From Isurus oxyrinchus (taxonomy: Eukaryota), in assembly GCA_026770705.1 (NCBI GenBank), contig JANJGN010000088.1, forward strand, positions 1,240,001-1,304,000: 64,000 nt of DNA. The letters are read 5' to 3'. The notes below the pieces were generated by a model, which worked only from the letters and a program-made list of their open reading frames with translations, had not been told where the DNA came from and did not search any database. Below, one piece after another: positions 11,821 to 25,204 of the stretch; positions within the stretch are counted from its first letter, which is position 1, and each line of letters starts with the position of its first letter. The position numbers were made by a program, and so were the translations under genes.

Positions 11821-13810
11821 GGAGATAGTTACTGTTCTCTGCAGCCGTGACAGGAAGCTCTGGAGTTGTTGCCTACCCAGTGCCAGAGTTAAGGACATCA
11901 CCTTGTGTCTGGAGAGGAACTTGGAGCCAGTGGGGGAGCATCCAATTGTCATGGACCCTGTGGGAACCAATGACATAGGTCGAACCAAGAATGATATTCT
12001 GCTCAGAGAATTTGAGGAGTTAGAGTCCAACCTAAAATGCAGAACATGAAAGGTAATCATTTCTGGATTGTTACCTGAGCCACATGCCAATTGTCCTTGA
12101 GTTAAACAGATTAGAGAATTAAACTCTTGGCTGAAAGAGTGGTGTGGGAAGAAGGGATTTTGATTCATGGGGCACTGGGAGCAGTACTCTGGGAAGAGTG
12201 AGTGACTCCATTGGGATGGGCTTGACTAGAGTTGGGCTGGAACTAGGACTGTGGACAGGGGTGGGAGGGGTCAGATGAAGGGGGATTTAGAAACCCAAAG
12301 AGAAAGACAACTGTATAGTGATGTGGGTAAAGACAATCAGAGTGGGACAGGAAGGACAAAGATTTTAACCAAAAAATGTTCACTAGCAAATAAGGTCATT
12401 GTAAGGAATAAAAGTAAAAAAATGAAATTAGAGTTTCTTTATATGAATGCACAAAGCACCTGCAACAAGGTAGATGAATTAGTGGCACAAATGTAGGTAA
12501 ATCATTTAGATCTAATTTCCATTACAGAAACGTGGGGAGAATTTTCTCCCTGTCGGGTGGGCCAGTCGGGAGTGCGCGCAGCCATTTTATGTGGGCAGGC
12601 CAATTAAGGCCCGCCCAGCGTTATGCGCACCCAGTAGCGCTCAGGGGAGGAGGGAGAGTCAGGGCCCGCGCTCTTTCATGCATGCGCGCGAAAGTGCGCC
12701 AAAATCTCCCTGAGGCACAGAGCTGCCCCGGGGAGATTAAGTTCAGCCTCAAAGTTTAAAATAAAGAAGGTTAAAAATCATTTACACTTGTCCCCTCATG
12801 TGGCAGGGTCACATGAGCTGGGACATGTTTATGAAATGTTTTAAAAATATTTATTATTTTCATAAACCCTTCATTAAATCTCATCCCGCCCGTGGATGAG
12901 GTTTCATGAAAAACGCGAAGGCTGGCTGGGCTCTTCACCTGCCCAGCAACCTTATGGCTTGACAGGCAGCCCTGTCAAATTGGTTAAGTGGTTAATTAAT
13001 GACCTTAATAGGCCTTTGACAGTTCAGCGGGTGCGCAGTTGGCTCCGGTGCGCGCCCACCGAACGCAAGATCGGAAGGATGAACAGTGATGTCAGGACGC
13101 ACTCGCGACATCACCGTGCGTCATTTTACCTGTCAGCATGCAGGGCCCACCTCAGCATGCTGAACAGATAATGCTGCCCATGGTTGCAGGTGGTCAAGGT
13201 CAGGAAATAAATATTTCAGAAAGACGGACACGGTTGAAAAGGAGGTGGGGTAACCCTTACAGCAAAGAATGACATAAGGACATAAATGAGAAAGGATCTG
13301 GCCCCTGAAGGTCATGAAGTTGAATCAGTATGGGTGGAAATTAAGAATTGCAAGAGTCAGAAAACACCATTGGCAGTAGTTTATAGGCAACCTAACAGCA
13401 GTTATACCATTGGGCAGAGCATTAAACAAGGAATTACTGGCGCCTGTATCAAAGGAAATGTCATAATTGTGGGGGACTTGAAGCTTCATATAGACTAGGA
13501 GAATCAATTTGGCAAGAATGGTCCAGAAGATGAGTTTGTAGAATGCTTTCGTGACAGTCCCTTGGAGTATTACATAGTGGAACCAACTAGGGGTAAAGCT
13601 ATCGTGAATCTAGTATTGTGTAATGAAGCAGGGTTAATTAGTAATGACCTCGACAAAGGCCCATTGGGAAATAATGACCATAACACACTCAACTCTATGT
13701 TCAGTTTGAAAGTGACATTTTCCAATCACAAACAAAAATCTTAAACTTAAACAAAACAAGTTACATAGGTATGAGCAGAGAATTGGTTAAGGTTAATTGT
13801 GTGAATAGAC
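11820..13810 (+). mobile_element. CR1 LINE 5' part: ORF1 SGNH-esterase-like region and ORF2 endonuclease, interrupted by a MITE
   Basis: VGTNDIG motif (ORF 11714..12049), LYMNAQS (12251..12496), ESVWVEI...VVYRQPNS...VGDL (13286..13498); multiple stops. Confidence 0.85.
12533..13180. mobile_element. MITE-like element inserted in the CR1 endonuclease
   Basis: Imperfect TIRs ggggagaattttc / gataatgctgccc, CpG-rich interior, central palindrome; splits the CR1 'ITETW-LQ' motif. Confidence 0.7.
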
Positions 13811-13869
13811 TAGAGGTGGCGGAACAGTGGTATTTAGTGGGGAGGGAGTTGGCCAGGGAGTCCTCAACT

Positions 13870-15320
13870 TCACCGCTAGACCCCAAGAAGTCTCATGGCA
13901 TCAGGTCAAAGATTGGCAAGGAAACCTGCTGATTACCACATACTGCACCCGCTCCCCTCTACCCCACCTCAGCTGATGAATCAGTATTTCTCCATGTTGA
14001 ACATCAGTTGGAAGAAGCACTAAGAGTGGAGTGGGCACAGAATGTACACTGGTTGGGGGACTTCAATGTCCACCACCAAGAATGGCTAGATATCACCACA
14101 ATTGATCAAGCAGACCGAATCCTAAAGGACATAGCTGCTAGACTGGGCCTGTGTCAGACAGTGAAGAAAGCAACAAGAGGGAAAAACCTATTTGACCTCA
14201 TTCTAACCAATCTACCTGTCACAGGTACATCTGTTCATGACAGTATTGGTCAGAGTGACTGCCGCACAGAGTGACTGTTGTGGAGAAGCCCCATCTTCAC
14301 ATTCAGGATACTTTCCATCCTATGTTGTGTGGCACCACTACCAGGCTAAAGGGGATAGATTTCAAACAGATCTAGCATCTTAAAACTGGGCATCCATAAG
14401 GTACTGTGGACCATCAGCAGCAGCAGAACTGCTCAGAACCACAATCTGTAACCTCCTGGTCCGGCATATCCCCACTTGACCATTACCATCAAGTTGGGGA
14501 ATCGACCCTGGTTCTATGAAGAGTTCAGGAGTGCATACCAGGAGTAGCACCAGGCATAACTAAAAATGAGGTGACAACCTGGTGAAGTTACAAATCAGGA
14601 CGAGGTGCATACCAAACAGTTAAACAGCAAGTGGCAGACAGCGCTAAGGATCAGATCTAAGCTCTGCAGTCCTGCCACATCCAGTCATGAATGGTGGTGG
14701 ACAACTAAACAACTAACAGGAGGAGGAGGCTCCACAAATATTCGCTCCTCAATGATGGGGGACTCCAGCACCTCAGTACAAAAGATAAGGCTGAAGGACT
14801 TGCTACAATCTTCAGCCATAAGTGCCGAGTGGATGATCCATCTCGGCCTCTTCCTGAGGCCTCCAGCATCACAGATGGCAGTCTTTAGCCAATTCAATTC
14901 ACTCCATGTGTCATCAACTAAAGGCAGGAGGCATATGATACTGCAAAAGTTGTGGGCCCTGACAATATCCAGCAATAATACTGAAGACCTGTGCTCCAGA
15001 ACTAGCTGCATCCTTAGCCAAGCTATTCCAGTACATCTACAACACTGGCATCCACCCAGAAATATGCAAAATTGCCCAGGTATACTCTGTCCTTAAAGCA
15101 GAACAAATCCAATTGGCCAGTTGCCGCACCATCAGTCTACTTTCGATTATCAGCAATTTGTCGGAAGGGGTTATCGACATTGCTATCAAGCGGCACTTAC
15201 TCAGCATTAACCTGCTCGATGACACTCAGTTTGGGTTCTGCCAGGGCCACACATCTCCTAGCCTCATTACAGCCTTGGCCCAAACATGGACAAAAGAACT
15301 GAATTCAGGAGGTGATTCTC
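13870..15320 (+). mobile_element. LINE family B ORF2 fragment (endonuclease to RT start)
   Basis: WLGDFNVHHQEWL, LDL-like 'LFDLILTN', ISLLSIIS...QFGFCQG motifs; degenerate. Confidence 0.85.
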
Positions 15321-15419
15321 TCTGTTGGCAAAGGTCATTGCCTGTCCCTACAATGGTACGAAATATTGGGGGGGAGGGTTCAGTTGCATGGAAATATAAA
15401 AAAATCAAAGTTTAAGGAG

Positions 15420-18400
15420 AGGGTAAGGGTGCAGGTTAGTGACGAGGCTGATTGTTACCACAAAGTGAAAGGTAGGGACAGAGTGTGTGAACACCATATT
15501 GCACTGAAGAATTATATAAGAGTAGGGAAAGTCGACAATTGGGCAATTTTAAACGCTTTGTATCTGAATGCGTGTAGCGTTCGGAATAAAACTAATGAGT
15601 TAACAGTGCAAATAGAGATAACTAGGTATGATTAGGTGGCGATTACTGAGACGTGGTTACAGGGAGAACAGGTTTGGGAGTTGAATATCCAAGGGTACTC
15701 AGTGTTTCGGAAGGATTGGCTGGAAGGAATTGGAGGTGGTGTAGCTTTGTTAGCAAAGGAAGAGATCAGTGCTATCGTGAGGAATGATATAGGCACTGGA
15801 GAGCAAGACGTAGAGTCAGTTTGGATAGAAATAAGAAATAGCAAGGGAACGAAGTCCCTGGTGGGAGTTATCTATAGGTCCCCAAACAGTAGTTCAGCAG
15901 TAGGGCACTGTATAAACCAGGAAATACAGGGAGCATGTAAGAAAGGCAAGGCAATAATTATGGGTAATTTTAATATGCATATAGACTGGACAAATCAAAT
16001 TGGCAAGGGTAGCCTCGAGGGAGAGTTCATAGAGTGTATTAGAGTTTGTTACTTGGAACAATATGGAACCAACTAGGGAGCAGGCTATTCTGGATTTGGT
16101 TTTGTGTTATAAGATGGGATTAATTAATGATCACATAGTAAAGGATCCTCTAGGGAAGAGTGATCATAGCATGCTGGAATTTCAAGTTCATTTTGAGAGT
16201 GAGGAATGTGAGTCCCACACTCGTGTTCTCGAGTTAAACATAGGTAACTGCAAAGGCATGGGAGCAGATTTGGTCCTAGTGGACTGGGCAGGAAGACTGC
16301 AAGGTGGGATAGTTGATGAACAGTGATAGATATTTAAAGAGATATTCAATTACTCCCAAGTATAATATATTTCAAAGAGCAATAAAGATGGTAAGAGGAG
16401 GAAAAAGCATCCATTGCTAAGCAAGGAAGATAAAGATAACATTGAGCTAAAAACTAAGACATACCAAATTGCAAAATCAGTGGCAGGCTGGAAGATTGGG
16501 AAACTTTTAAAGATCAACAAAGGGTTACTGAAAAAAAATAAAAAGAGCAAAGGTAAATTATGAAAGAAAACTTGTGCAAAATGTAAAAACTGATAGCAAA
16601 AGCTTCTACAAGCATGTAAAAGAAAAGGGAGTAGCGAAAGTGAATGTTGGTCCCTTGGAGGATGAGACTGGGGAGTTAATAGTGGGGAATGCAGAAAGGG
16701 CAGAGACGCTGAATCAATATTTTGCCTCAGTTTTCACGGTGGAGGACACTAGTACCACCCTAATAGTAACAGGTAGTGCAGAGGGTATCGAGAAGGAGGT
16801 ACTGAGAACAATCTCCATCACTAGAGAAAAAATACTGAGAAAACTATTGGAATTAAAGGTTGAGAAGTCCCCAGGAGCTGATGGCCAACATCCCAGGGTC
16901 TTAAAGGAAGTGGCAGCAGAGATAGTGGATGCATTAGCTATAGTATTTCAAAGTTGCCTGGATTCTGGAAAGGTTCCAGTGGGTTGGAAAAATCTAATAT
17001 AATTCCCTTACTCAAAAAGCAGGGGAGGCAGAAAGTAGGAAACTCTAGACAAGTTAGTTTAACGTCTGCCGTTGGGCAATTGTTGTACTCCATTTTTAAG
17101 GAAGTAGTAATGGGGCATTTGGAAAGTCAAAATGCAATCCATCAGAGTCAGCATGGATTTATGAAGAGTAAATTATATTTGACTAATTTGCTAGAATTCT
17201 TTGAAGATGTGACAAGCAAAGTGGATAATGGGGAACCTATAGATGTAACATACCTGGACTTCCAGTGGGCCTTTGATTAGGTGCCGCACAAAAAATTAAC
17301 ATGCAAGGTAAGATCAAACGGGAGTTAGGGGTAATATATTAGCTTGGATAGAAGACTGGCTAACCAGTAGAAAGCAGAGAGTCGGGATAAATGAGTCTTT
17401 TTCTGGATGGCAAGCTGTAACTAGTGGGATGCCACAGGGTTCAGTCCTTGGGCACCAACTATTTACAATCTATATTAATGCCTTAGATTCACGGATAGAA
17501 GGTACTACAGCTAAATTTGGAGATGACATCAAAATAGGTGGGAAAGTAAGTTGAAATGAAGAGATAAGAAACTTACAAATGGATATGGACAGGTTAGGTG
17601 AATGGGCCAAAATTTGGCAGATGGAGTTATTCATTTTGGTTGGAAGAATAAAAAGGCGACATTATTTAAGTGGAGAGAAACTTCAGAATGCTTCAGTGCA
17701 GAGGGATCTGGGTGTCCTCGTGAATGAATCGCTGAAAGCTAGTATGCAGGTACAGCAGGTAATAAGGAAGGCAAATGGAATTGTGGCATTTGTTGCTAAA
17801 GGAATAGAGTATAAAAATAGGGAAGTGTTGTTGCAACTGTGTAAGGCATTGGTGAGACCTCACTTGGAGCACTGTGCACAGTTTTGGTCCCCTTACTTGA
17901 GGAAGGATGTAGTTGCATTGGAGACGGTTCAGAGGAGGTTCACTAAATTGATTCCAGAGATGCGGGGCTTATCTTATGAGGAGAGATTGAGCAGTTTAGG
18001 CCTATACTCGCTAAAGTTTAGAAGGATGAGAGGAGATCTAATTGAGGTATATAAGATGCTAAAGGGGATAGACAAAGTAGAGGTGGAGCAGATGTTTCCC
18101 CTTGTGGGGCATTCTAGAATGAGAGGCCATAGTTTTAGGCTAAGGGGCAGTAGATTTAAATCAGAGATGAGAAGGAATTACTTTTCTCAAAGGGTGGTGA
18201 ATCTGTGGAATTCACTACCTCAGAGAGCAGTGGATGCCGGGACGATGAATAAATTTAAGGAGGAGATAGATAGATTTTTAATTAGTAACGGGTTGAAAGG
18301 TTATGGGGAAAGGGCGGGAAATTGGAGTTGAGGCCAAAATTAGATCAGCCATGATTGTGTTGAATGGTGGGGCAGGCTCGAGGGGTTGAATTGCCTACTC

Positions 18401-18425
18401 CTGCTCCTAGTTCTTATATTCTTAT
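15420..18425 (+). mobile_element. CR1 LINE, near full-length ORF2 (EN+RT) with 3' UTR, inactivated
   Basis: LYLNACS, AITETWL, GNFNM, QHGFM, YLDF, FGDD, RPHLEHCAQFW, LWNSLP motifs spread over ORFs 15312..18331 with stops and frameshifts. Confidence 0.95.
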
Positions 18426-18879
18426 GTCGTTGGATGCACTTTCCCATTCTTTGTGCTGGAGGAGACTCCCTCATATATGGGACTGGAAAGCAGCACACTC
18501 CTGTTCCTGGAGTCAATTCCACCAACAAATGTGCTTTAGCAAAAGTTTGCTCCCATATGGGACTGGGACCCTCCCACCTTCTCTGCACCTGGTGTGTAAT
18601 TCTCCCATTATAGTTTCCTGGGTATATTCCCCCAATGTCTGTTCGTGGGATGTATTCCCCTTATGACGATACCGACTGAGTATTCCTGCAATTTCTGCGA
18701 CTTAGCACCTCCCCTAATTCTGGCCAGAGGATGTATTTCCCTCAGTGACTGCACTGTGACCATGTTGCAACCCCAATGGATGGTCGTGTGCTCTCCCTAT
18801 GATTGTATGAGGGATTCCCTCATATTTACGAAATGACTGCACTGGGGAGAGTTCCCTCTTACAAGGGTCTCCGGTTTCA

Positions 18880-21310
18880 CCCCCCGACCTTACCCCAATA
18901 TCTTGGCCTGAGGTTTATTTGACCAAAATGAATGTGACTGGGGGAGAAATCACTGGGAGAATGGTTAATCTCCTCCAATATCTGGTCCTTGGGTATATTC
19001 TCCTAATATCTACCTCTTATGCATATATCCAAATGAATGTGCTTGGTGAGGAATTCTCTCACACATCAGACTGAGAGTCTCTTTCAATATCTGGGCTGGA
19101 TTTGTATTCCCCCAATATCTGATCCTGGGCTGTAATTGTCTGATGAATGTAATCAGGGAAATTCCCACATACGTGTGACTGGGTTTCTTGCCCCCAATTT
19201 CAGGTCCTGGGTTGTATTGCCCAATGACTGTACTTGGGTGTTCTGTTATATATGGGTCTGAAAATCTCCTCCAATATTTGGTCCTAAGTTCCAATTCCCC
19301 AATATTTGGTCCTTAGTTGCATGCCCCCACTGTTTGTACTGGGTGGATTCCCTCATAGCTGTGACTGAGAATCTTCCCCTATATACTTTCCACAGGTACG
19401 AGCCCACACTTTTTGTCCTGAGGAATCTCTTTTACAGGGTACTGAAAATCTCCCCCTAGTATCTGGTCTTGAGGTGCATTTCCCCAAAAAGACATTTGCC
19501 TCATTCACAGAACTGAGAATTCCCAACCTTCCTGACAACCTATGGCTGTTGGGTGCACTCCCCAGTTCTTTGTACTTGTGGGATTTCCTTGCTCATGGAT
19601 CTGGGATCCCTTCCTCCACCTTACCTGTTTCTGGAGCCTTCCCCCCCACCCTCCACCCAGTGAACAAGCTTGGCAGGAAATTAGTTCATGCATTTTTCTG
19701 AAAATGTCCCCAATATCTGGACCTGGGTTGCATTCTCTAATATCTGTCCCCACTGTGGTTCAGTCTCATAATATCAGTTTGCTGGAGGATATTCCCCCTA
19801 TGACATACAGGTGGGCTATTTGCACACTCTTTGTGGTCTGGTGATCCCACCACCCCACCCCCGCCACCCCCCAAATATTTGGCCTTAGGGTGTCTCTGTG
19901 ACTTGTGTCTAGCCCTTGGGTTTATTCACCCAGTATCTGGTCTTGAGCTGTATTCCCCCATTGACTATTTGGGGGAATTTCCTCATACATGGGGCTGGCA
20001 ATCTCCCTCAATATCAGGTCCAGGGATGTTCTCCACCCATGACCATATGGGGGAAAGCTATTCCCTCATGCATGGGGCTGTGATTATTTTAAGATATCTG
20101 TTCCTGGGATGTAAGCCTCCAATACCTGATCCTGGAATTTTCTTCCCAATGGCCCTACTGGGGGGATTCCATCATGCATGTTGCCCATCCCGAATTAGCC
20201 TTGAATGTGGCTTGCTAGGCCATTTCAGAGGGCAGCTAAGAGCCAACCACATTGCTGTAGGTCTGGAGTCTGATGTAGACCAGACCAGGTAAGGACAGCA
20301 GATTTCCTTCCCTGAAGGACATCAGTGAACCAGATGGGTTTTTACAACAATCAATGATAGTTTCATGGTCACCATTACTGAGATGAGCTTTGAATCCCTG
20401 ATTTTATTAACTGAATTTAAATTCCACCAGCTGTCATGGTGGGATTTGAACCCATGTCCCTAGAGCTTTAGCCTGACCCTTGGATTACTAATCCAGTGAC
20501 TACCACTCTGGCACCATCTCCTCCTGTTTCCCTAGTGAATGTGATTGGGGGATATTCATTCAGCAGACTGTGAAACTCCTTCAATATCTGGTCTTGGGTG
20601 TGTATTCCTCAATAACTAGGAGATACATGGGACTGGGAATCAATGTCTGGTTCTGCGGGTGTATTCCCCAGAAACTGAGGAATTCACTCATACATGGAGC
20701 TGGGAATATCCTCCAATATCTGGTCCCTGTTTATATTCCCCAGTAACTGAGGAATTCACTCATACATGGGGCTGGGAATATCCTCCAATATCTGGTCCCT
20801 GGTTATATTCCCCAGTAACTGGGGGATTCACTCATACATGGAGCTGGGAATATCCTCCAATATCTGCCCTTGGGCATATTCCCCAGTAACTGAGGAATTC
20901 ACTCATACATGGGGCTGGGAATATTCTCCAATATCTGCCCTTGGGCATATTCCCCAGTAACTGGGGGGATTCATTCATACATGGGGCTGGGAATATTCTC
21001 CAATATCTGGCCCTTGGGTATATTCCCCAGTAACTGGGGGGATTCACTCATACATGGGGCCGGGAATATCCTCCAATATCTGGTCCCTAGTTACATTGCC
21101 CAGTAACTGGGGATTTCATTCATACATGGAGCTGAGAATATCCTCCAATATCTGGTCCCTGGTTATATTGCCCAGTAACTGGGGGATTCACTCATACAGG
21201 GGGCTTGGAATATACTCCAATATCTGCCCTTGGGTATATTCCCCAGTAACTGGGGGATTCACTCATACATGGGGCTGGGAATAGCCTCCAATATCTGGCC
21301 CTCGGTATAC
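18880..21310. repeat. 72-bp minisatellite: ~9 homogeneous copies at 20655-21310 plus degenerate copies at ~18880-20170
   Basis: Unit tattccccagtaactgaggaattcactcatacatggggctgggaatatcctccaatatctggtccctggtta; period 72 (20662 to 20734). Confidence 0.85.
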
Positions 21311-21391
21311 TTGCCCAATGAGCACACTCATTCTCCCTCAGTTCTATCCATCTCTTCACACAACCACTTATTTCATTTCATGTTTTCATTT

Positions 21392-21397
21392 TTTATT
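21392..21397 (-). terminator. Poly(A) signal of the distal TM2'
   Basis: AATAAA ~425 nt downstream of the TM2' stop codon. Confidence 0.65.
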
Positions 21398-21820
21398 GAG
21401 TCAATTTCAAAACAAATCTTTAATATCAGTGAAAACATTTTTGAAAAAGCTGCAGGCAGTAATCTGAACAACATTTGTGTTAAGAATACTTTACACAAAA
21501 CCCAGAGAATCAGCCCTTCCCTCCTTCCCATACTCAGACTCCCTCCTGACTCCCCCTTCCCTAATCCCCCATTCCCATCTCCCCTGCTCCCTATTCCCGC
21601 TCCCCTCTCTCCTTCCAAACTCACCCCTCCCATCCCAATTCCCCTTCCCAATCTTCCCCAGTCCATTTGAAGTTTTATCTCCCAGAATGAGCTGTTGCAG
21701 TGCAGTAGCTGAGTATTTTCCAGTGTGTGATGGAAAGCTCCATTCCCAAACATCACAGGGATATTTCTGGACAATTCACATCTTGTATAAGTCTGAATGT
21801 GAGCTGCATGTGCCTGCTGG

Positions 21821-21832
21821 TCACTGCTGAAT
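21821..21832 (-). CDS. IgW: IgW TM2' (distal cytoplasmic exon), IQQ*
   Basis: TTTATTTTAAAG|ATT CAG CAG TGA; paralog of 24436-24447; weaker AAG acceptor. Confidence 0.55.
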   Translation of the reverse strand: MQQ

Positions 21833-22523
21833 CTTTAAAATAAACAGCGGAGTAAGATACATGTGTGTGCCAATCATATATCAGGTGGTATCACCCAAAA
21901 AGCCAGGTAGTCTGTCTGTCTGTTAGGAAATGGACCCCGAATGACAGGGGATTTGTCCTTATTCTGGGGGATGGACCCTAAAGCAAAAGGGGTCTGTCCT
22001 TATTCTGGGAGACGAAGCCTGCAAAATGAATTCTTCTTTGCGCTCCAGACCGTGATCATTGAGGATTCTGTTGTTCAGGGTCACAGTTACTGTCATGTGT
22101 TTCCCAAGGTTAAATGTCGTGTAACCCAGCAGAACAAACTGCCCTTGTTCTTGGAGACAGGGGCCTAAAGGACAAGTGGTCTAATTAAATTCTGGGCAGT
22201 GGATGCAAAAGGAGAGGTGGTCTGACCCGATTCTGGGACATGGGGCCTTAAGGACAGGTTGTCTGACCCTGTTCAGGGACATGGGCCTAAAGGACAGGGA
22301 ATCTGACCTTCTGGGGTGAATCAAGACCCTCAGATCAGGTAAAGAGAAAATCTTCAAGGTGCCAGTGGCTGTGAAAGGTTGCCCACTGTGCTGTCCGTCT
22401 GCACCCAGTCTGGTAGCTGGAATCTCAGAGTCAGATAATAAGATGTGGCGATAAATTGAAGATAAATCATGACTTTACTGTATGGGTACGTTGTTGTTCA
22501 TTTGATAGTTAAAGTCTGGTTAC

Positions 22524-22666
22524 CTTGACAACAGTAACAAAGGTGCTGTAGAGGAAACTTAGAATAAACAGAATGGCGAAGGCAGCAACTGTCAGTGCGT
22601 TGTCGTCTCCTTCCAAACCTTCCACTTCTTCCTTTCCTTCCTCTCCTATCATATTTGGAAGGTCAA
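22524..22666 (-). CDS. IgW: IgW TM1' (distal transmembrane exon)
   Basis: TTTCAG|xDLPNMIGEEGKEEVEGLEGDDNALTVAAFAILFILSFLYSTFVTVVK|GTAACC; acidic spacer and Ig CART-type TM motif; 143 nt, phase 1/0. Confidence 0.9.
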
Positions 22667-23389
22667 CTGAAACAAAGAGAAATTGGAGCTGATAAAGATG
22701 ACACTGGGCATTTCATCAAGGTCCACAATGTCTCAGTTTGAAGATAATAGCGAGGGAGGAGATCACAGCGGAGGAGAACTGGGAGCTGTGAATAATTAAA
22801 AAGTCTTTCTCTCTTGACCTGTCACTTCTGGTCCTGTCTCCCACTTTGTCTTTCTCCCTCTCTCACTGCCTTTCCTCTATCTCTCAGAGATTCTGTCCCC
22901 TTGTTTCTGCTTCACTGTCACTCTCAGTATCTCTGTCTGTAACACTTACTGTTTCTCTCAAATGTGCACAAACAACAGATGATGCTAAAACTGTTTCCAA
23001 AATCTCAGTCCTTCAGTCACCCCAGTTGTTTCCTCATTTCTCTATCGTATTATCCAATCTACCAGTTCAAACACAAGTTTTCAACTCCCTGACTCCAAAA
23101 ACACTCTAATCCGCAAACAAACCATTGATTGTGAAGCGCCCTGAGATTATCCCCATCGCCAGGGTGAGATTTTTAATGACTTCAAATATTTATTTCTTTT
23201 TGAATCTCTGCTTCTATAACATTTTAATCAATCTAATAGTTCCTGAGGCAGCATTAAATGAACTTGTGTAGTCACCAGGTACAACAACTGCTCAATGGCA
23301 CAAATTCTTGTGAGTGGTGATGTGAGCGAGTGAGGCACCAAATGGGATCAGAAAGTCTGCGATTCATGGATTACTGTGATGTGGTTTTG

Positions 23390-23725
23390 TGCATCGCAAT
23401 CTCACCCCGGATCAGAAAATTGTGGGTTCAAGTTCCACTCCAGATACTTGAGTGCATAATTCAGGCCGACACTGTGATGCAGGACTGAGAAAGTGCTGCT
23501 GTGCAGGAGGTACCGCCTTTCAAATGAGGCATTAAACGATGGCCCTCAGGTTGATGTGAACTTGTAAATGGTCCCACAGCACAATTGGAAGAAGAGCAGG
23601 GGAGTACTCTGCAATGTTCTGAGCCAGCCAACATTTATCCCTCAACCAAAACACCTAAAACCAGATGATCTGGTCATTATCACAGTTCGTATGGTGGGAA
23701 TTACTGTGCACAAATTGGAACTGGT
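23390..23725 (+). mobile_element. tRNA-derived SINE, Deu-domain-like (copies also at ~26810-27140, 29920-30310, 31600-31990, 38425-38815)
   Basis: B-box-like gggttcaagtycc, followed by the conserved core gtgctgcactg..ggaggtgccgcctttc..atgag.cattaaac. Confidence 0.7.
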
Positions 23726-24008
23726 AAACCAAGAAAGACCAAAGCCATCCTGATGTTCGGATGATACAAGGATAATGGAGTTGTGCACTAATCATAGCAA
23801 CCAGTCTCTTATCAATTAGTCCACAATAAACCCAGACAGGAGGCAAGGTAAGCCCAATGGTGGGAGCATTGGAAACCATAGGTCCAAGGACCCCTGTTCC
23901 TCACAAGCATGTTACACTCACCGCACATCATGTCCGAAGATACTCATTTACTGTCTCCCGAAACACAACAATAATGAACACTCAAAACCGAAACCTTTTC
24001 ACATTATG

Positions 24009-24014
24009 TTTATT
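24009..24014 (-). terminator. Poly(A) signal downstream of the proximal TM2 (duplicated copy of the secretory poly(A) signal)
   Basis: AATAAA in a context nearly identical to 27426-27431. Confidence 0.6.
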
Positions 24015-24435
24015 GAAATTGGATCAGTACATTGACATTTTGCCACATACGAAACACTTTTGAAAAAGTTGCAGGCAGTAATCTGAACATTTGCTTTGAG
24101 AATATTTTGCTCAAGACCCAGAGAATCAGCCCATCCCTCCTTCCCATATCCACACTCTCTCCTGACTCCCCCTTCCTGACTCTCCCATTCCCATCTCCCC
24201 TGCTCCCCATTCCCACACACCTCTCACCTTCCTAATGCGTCCCTCCCATCCCAATTCCCCTTCCCAATCTTCCCCAGTCCTTTTGAAGTTTTATCTCCCA
24301 GAATGAGCTGTTGCAGTGCAGTAGCTGGGTATTTTCCAGTGTGTGATGGAAAGCTTCACTCCCAACATCACAGGGATATCTCTGGACAATTCACATCTTG
24401 TATAAGTCTGAATGTGAGCCGCATGTATCTGCTGG

Positions 24436-24447
24436 TCACTGCTGAAC
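24436..24447 (-). CDS. IgW: IgW TM2 (proximal cytoplasmic exon), VQQ*
   Basis: GTTTATATTACAG|GTT CAG CAG TGA; phase 0 matches the TM1 donor; 3-residue tail analogous to the Ig K-VK tail. Confidence 0.7.
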   Translation of the reverse strand, partial: VQQ

Positions 24448-24539
24448 CTGTAATATAAACAGCGGAGTAAGATACTTGTGTGTGCCATAGTCTATCTATC
24501 AGGTGGTATAACCCAAAAAGCCAGGTGGTCTGTCTGCCT

Positions 24540-25200
24540 ATTAGGAAATGGACCCTAAAGGACAGGGGATTTGAACTTATTCTGGGAAATGGACCCAAAA
24601 GCAAAAGGGGTCTGTCCTTATTTTGCGAGATGGGCCCTGAAGGACAGGGGGTGGGATTTCCTGGCCCCAACTGCCCTGGGATTGTCTAGTCCCGCCGAAG
24701 GTCTGTGGAGCTTTGGCTGGGCCACTTCAACTTCCACGGCGGGTTCCACCACAGCGGAGCTGGACAATTCTGTCCGGGTATCTGTCCTTATTCTGGGAGA
24801 TGACGCCTGCAGAGTGAGTTCTTCCTTGTGCTCGGGCCATGATTATTGAGGATTCAGTTGTTCAGGGTTGTAGTCATTGTCTTGTGTTTCCCAAGGTTAA
24901 ATGTAGTGTAATCCAACAGAACAAACTGTCCATGTTTTTGGAGATGGGGGCCTAAAGGACAAGTGGTCCAATCTTATTCTTAGAGGTGGATGCTGAAGGA
25001 GAGCTGGTCTGTTCCTATTCTGTGACATGCGGCCTTAAGGAGAGGTTGTCCGACTCTATTCTGGGACATCATATCTAAAGAAGAGGTGGTCTGACCATAT
25101 TCTGGGACATGGGACCGAAAGGAGAAGGAGTCTGACCATATGCTGGGAGATGGACCCTAAAGGACAGGCTGTCTGACCTCATTCTGGGACATGGGGAGTG
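24540..25200. repeat. Degenerate 41-bp minisatellite in the TM1-TM2 intron (also ~21925-22315 and 25660-25740)
   Basis: Unit ~tattctgggacatggggcctaaaggacaggtggtctgaccc; period 41 (25057 to 25098). Confidence 0.75.
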
Positions 25201-25204
25201 AGTG

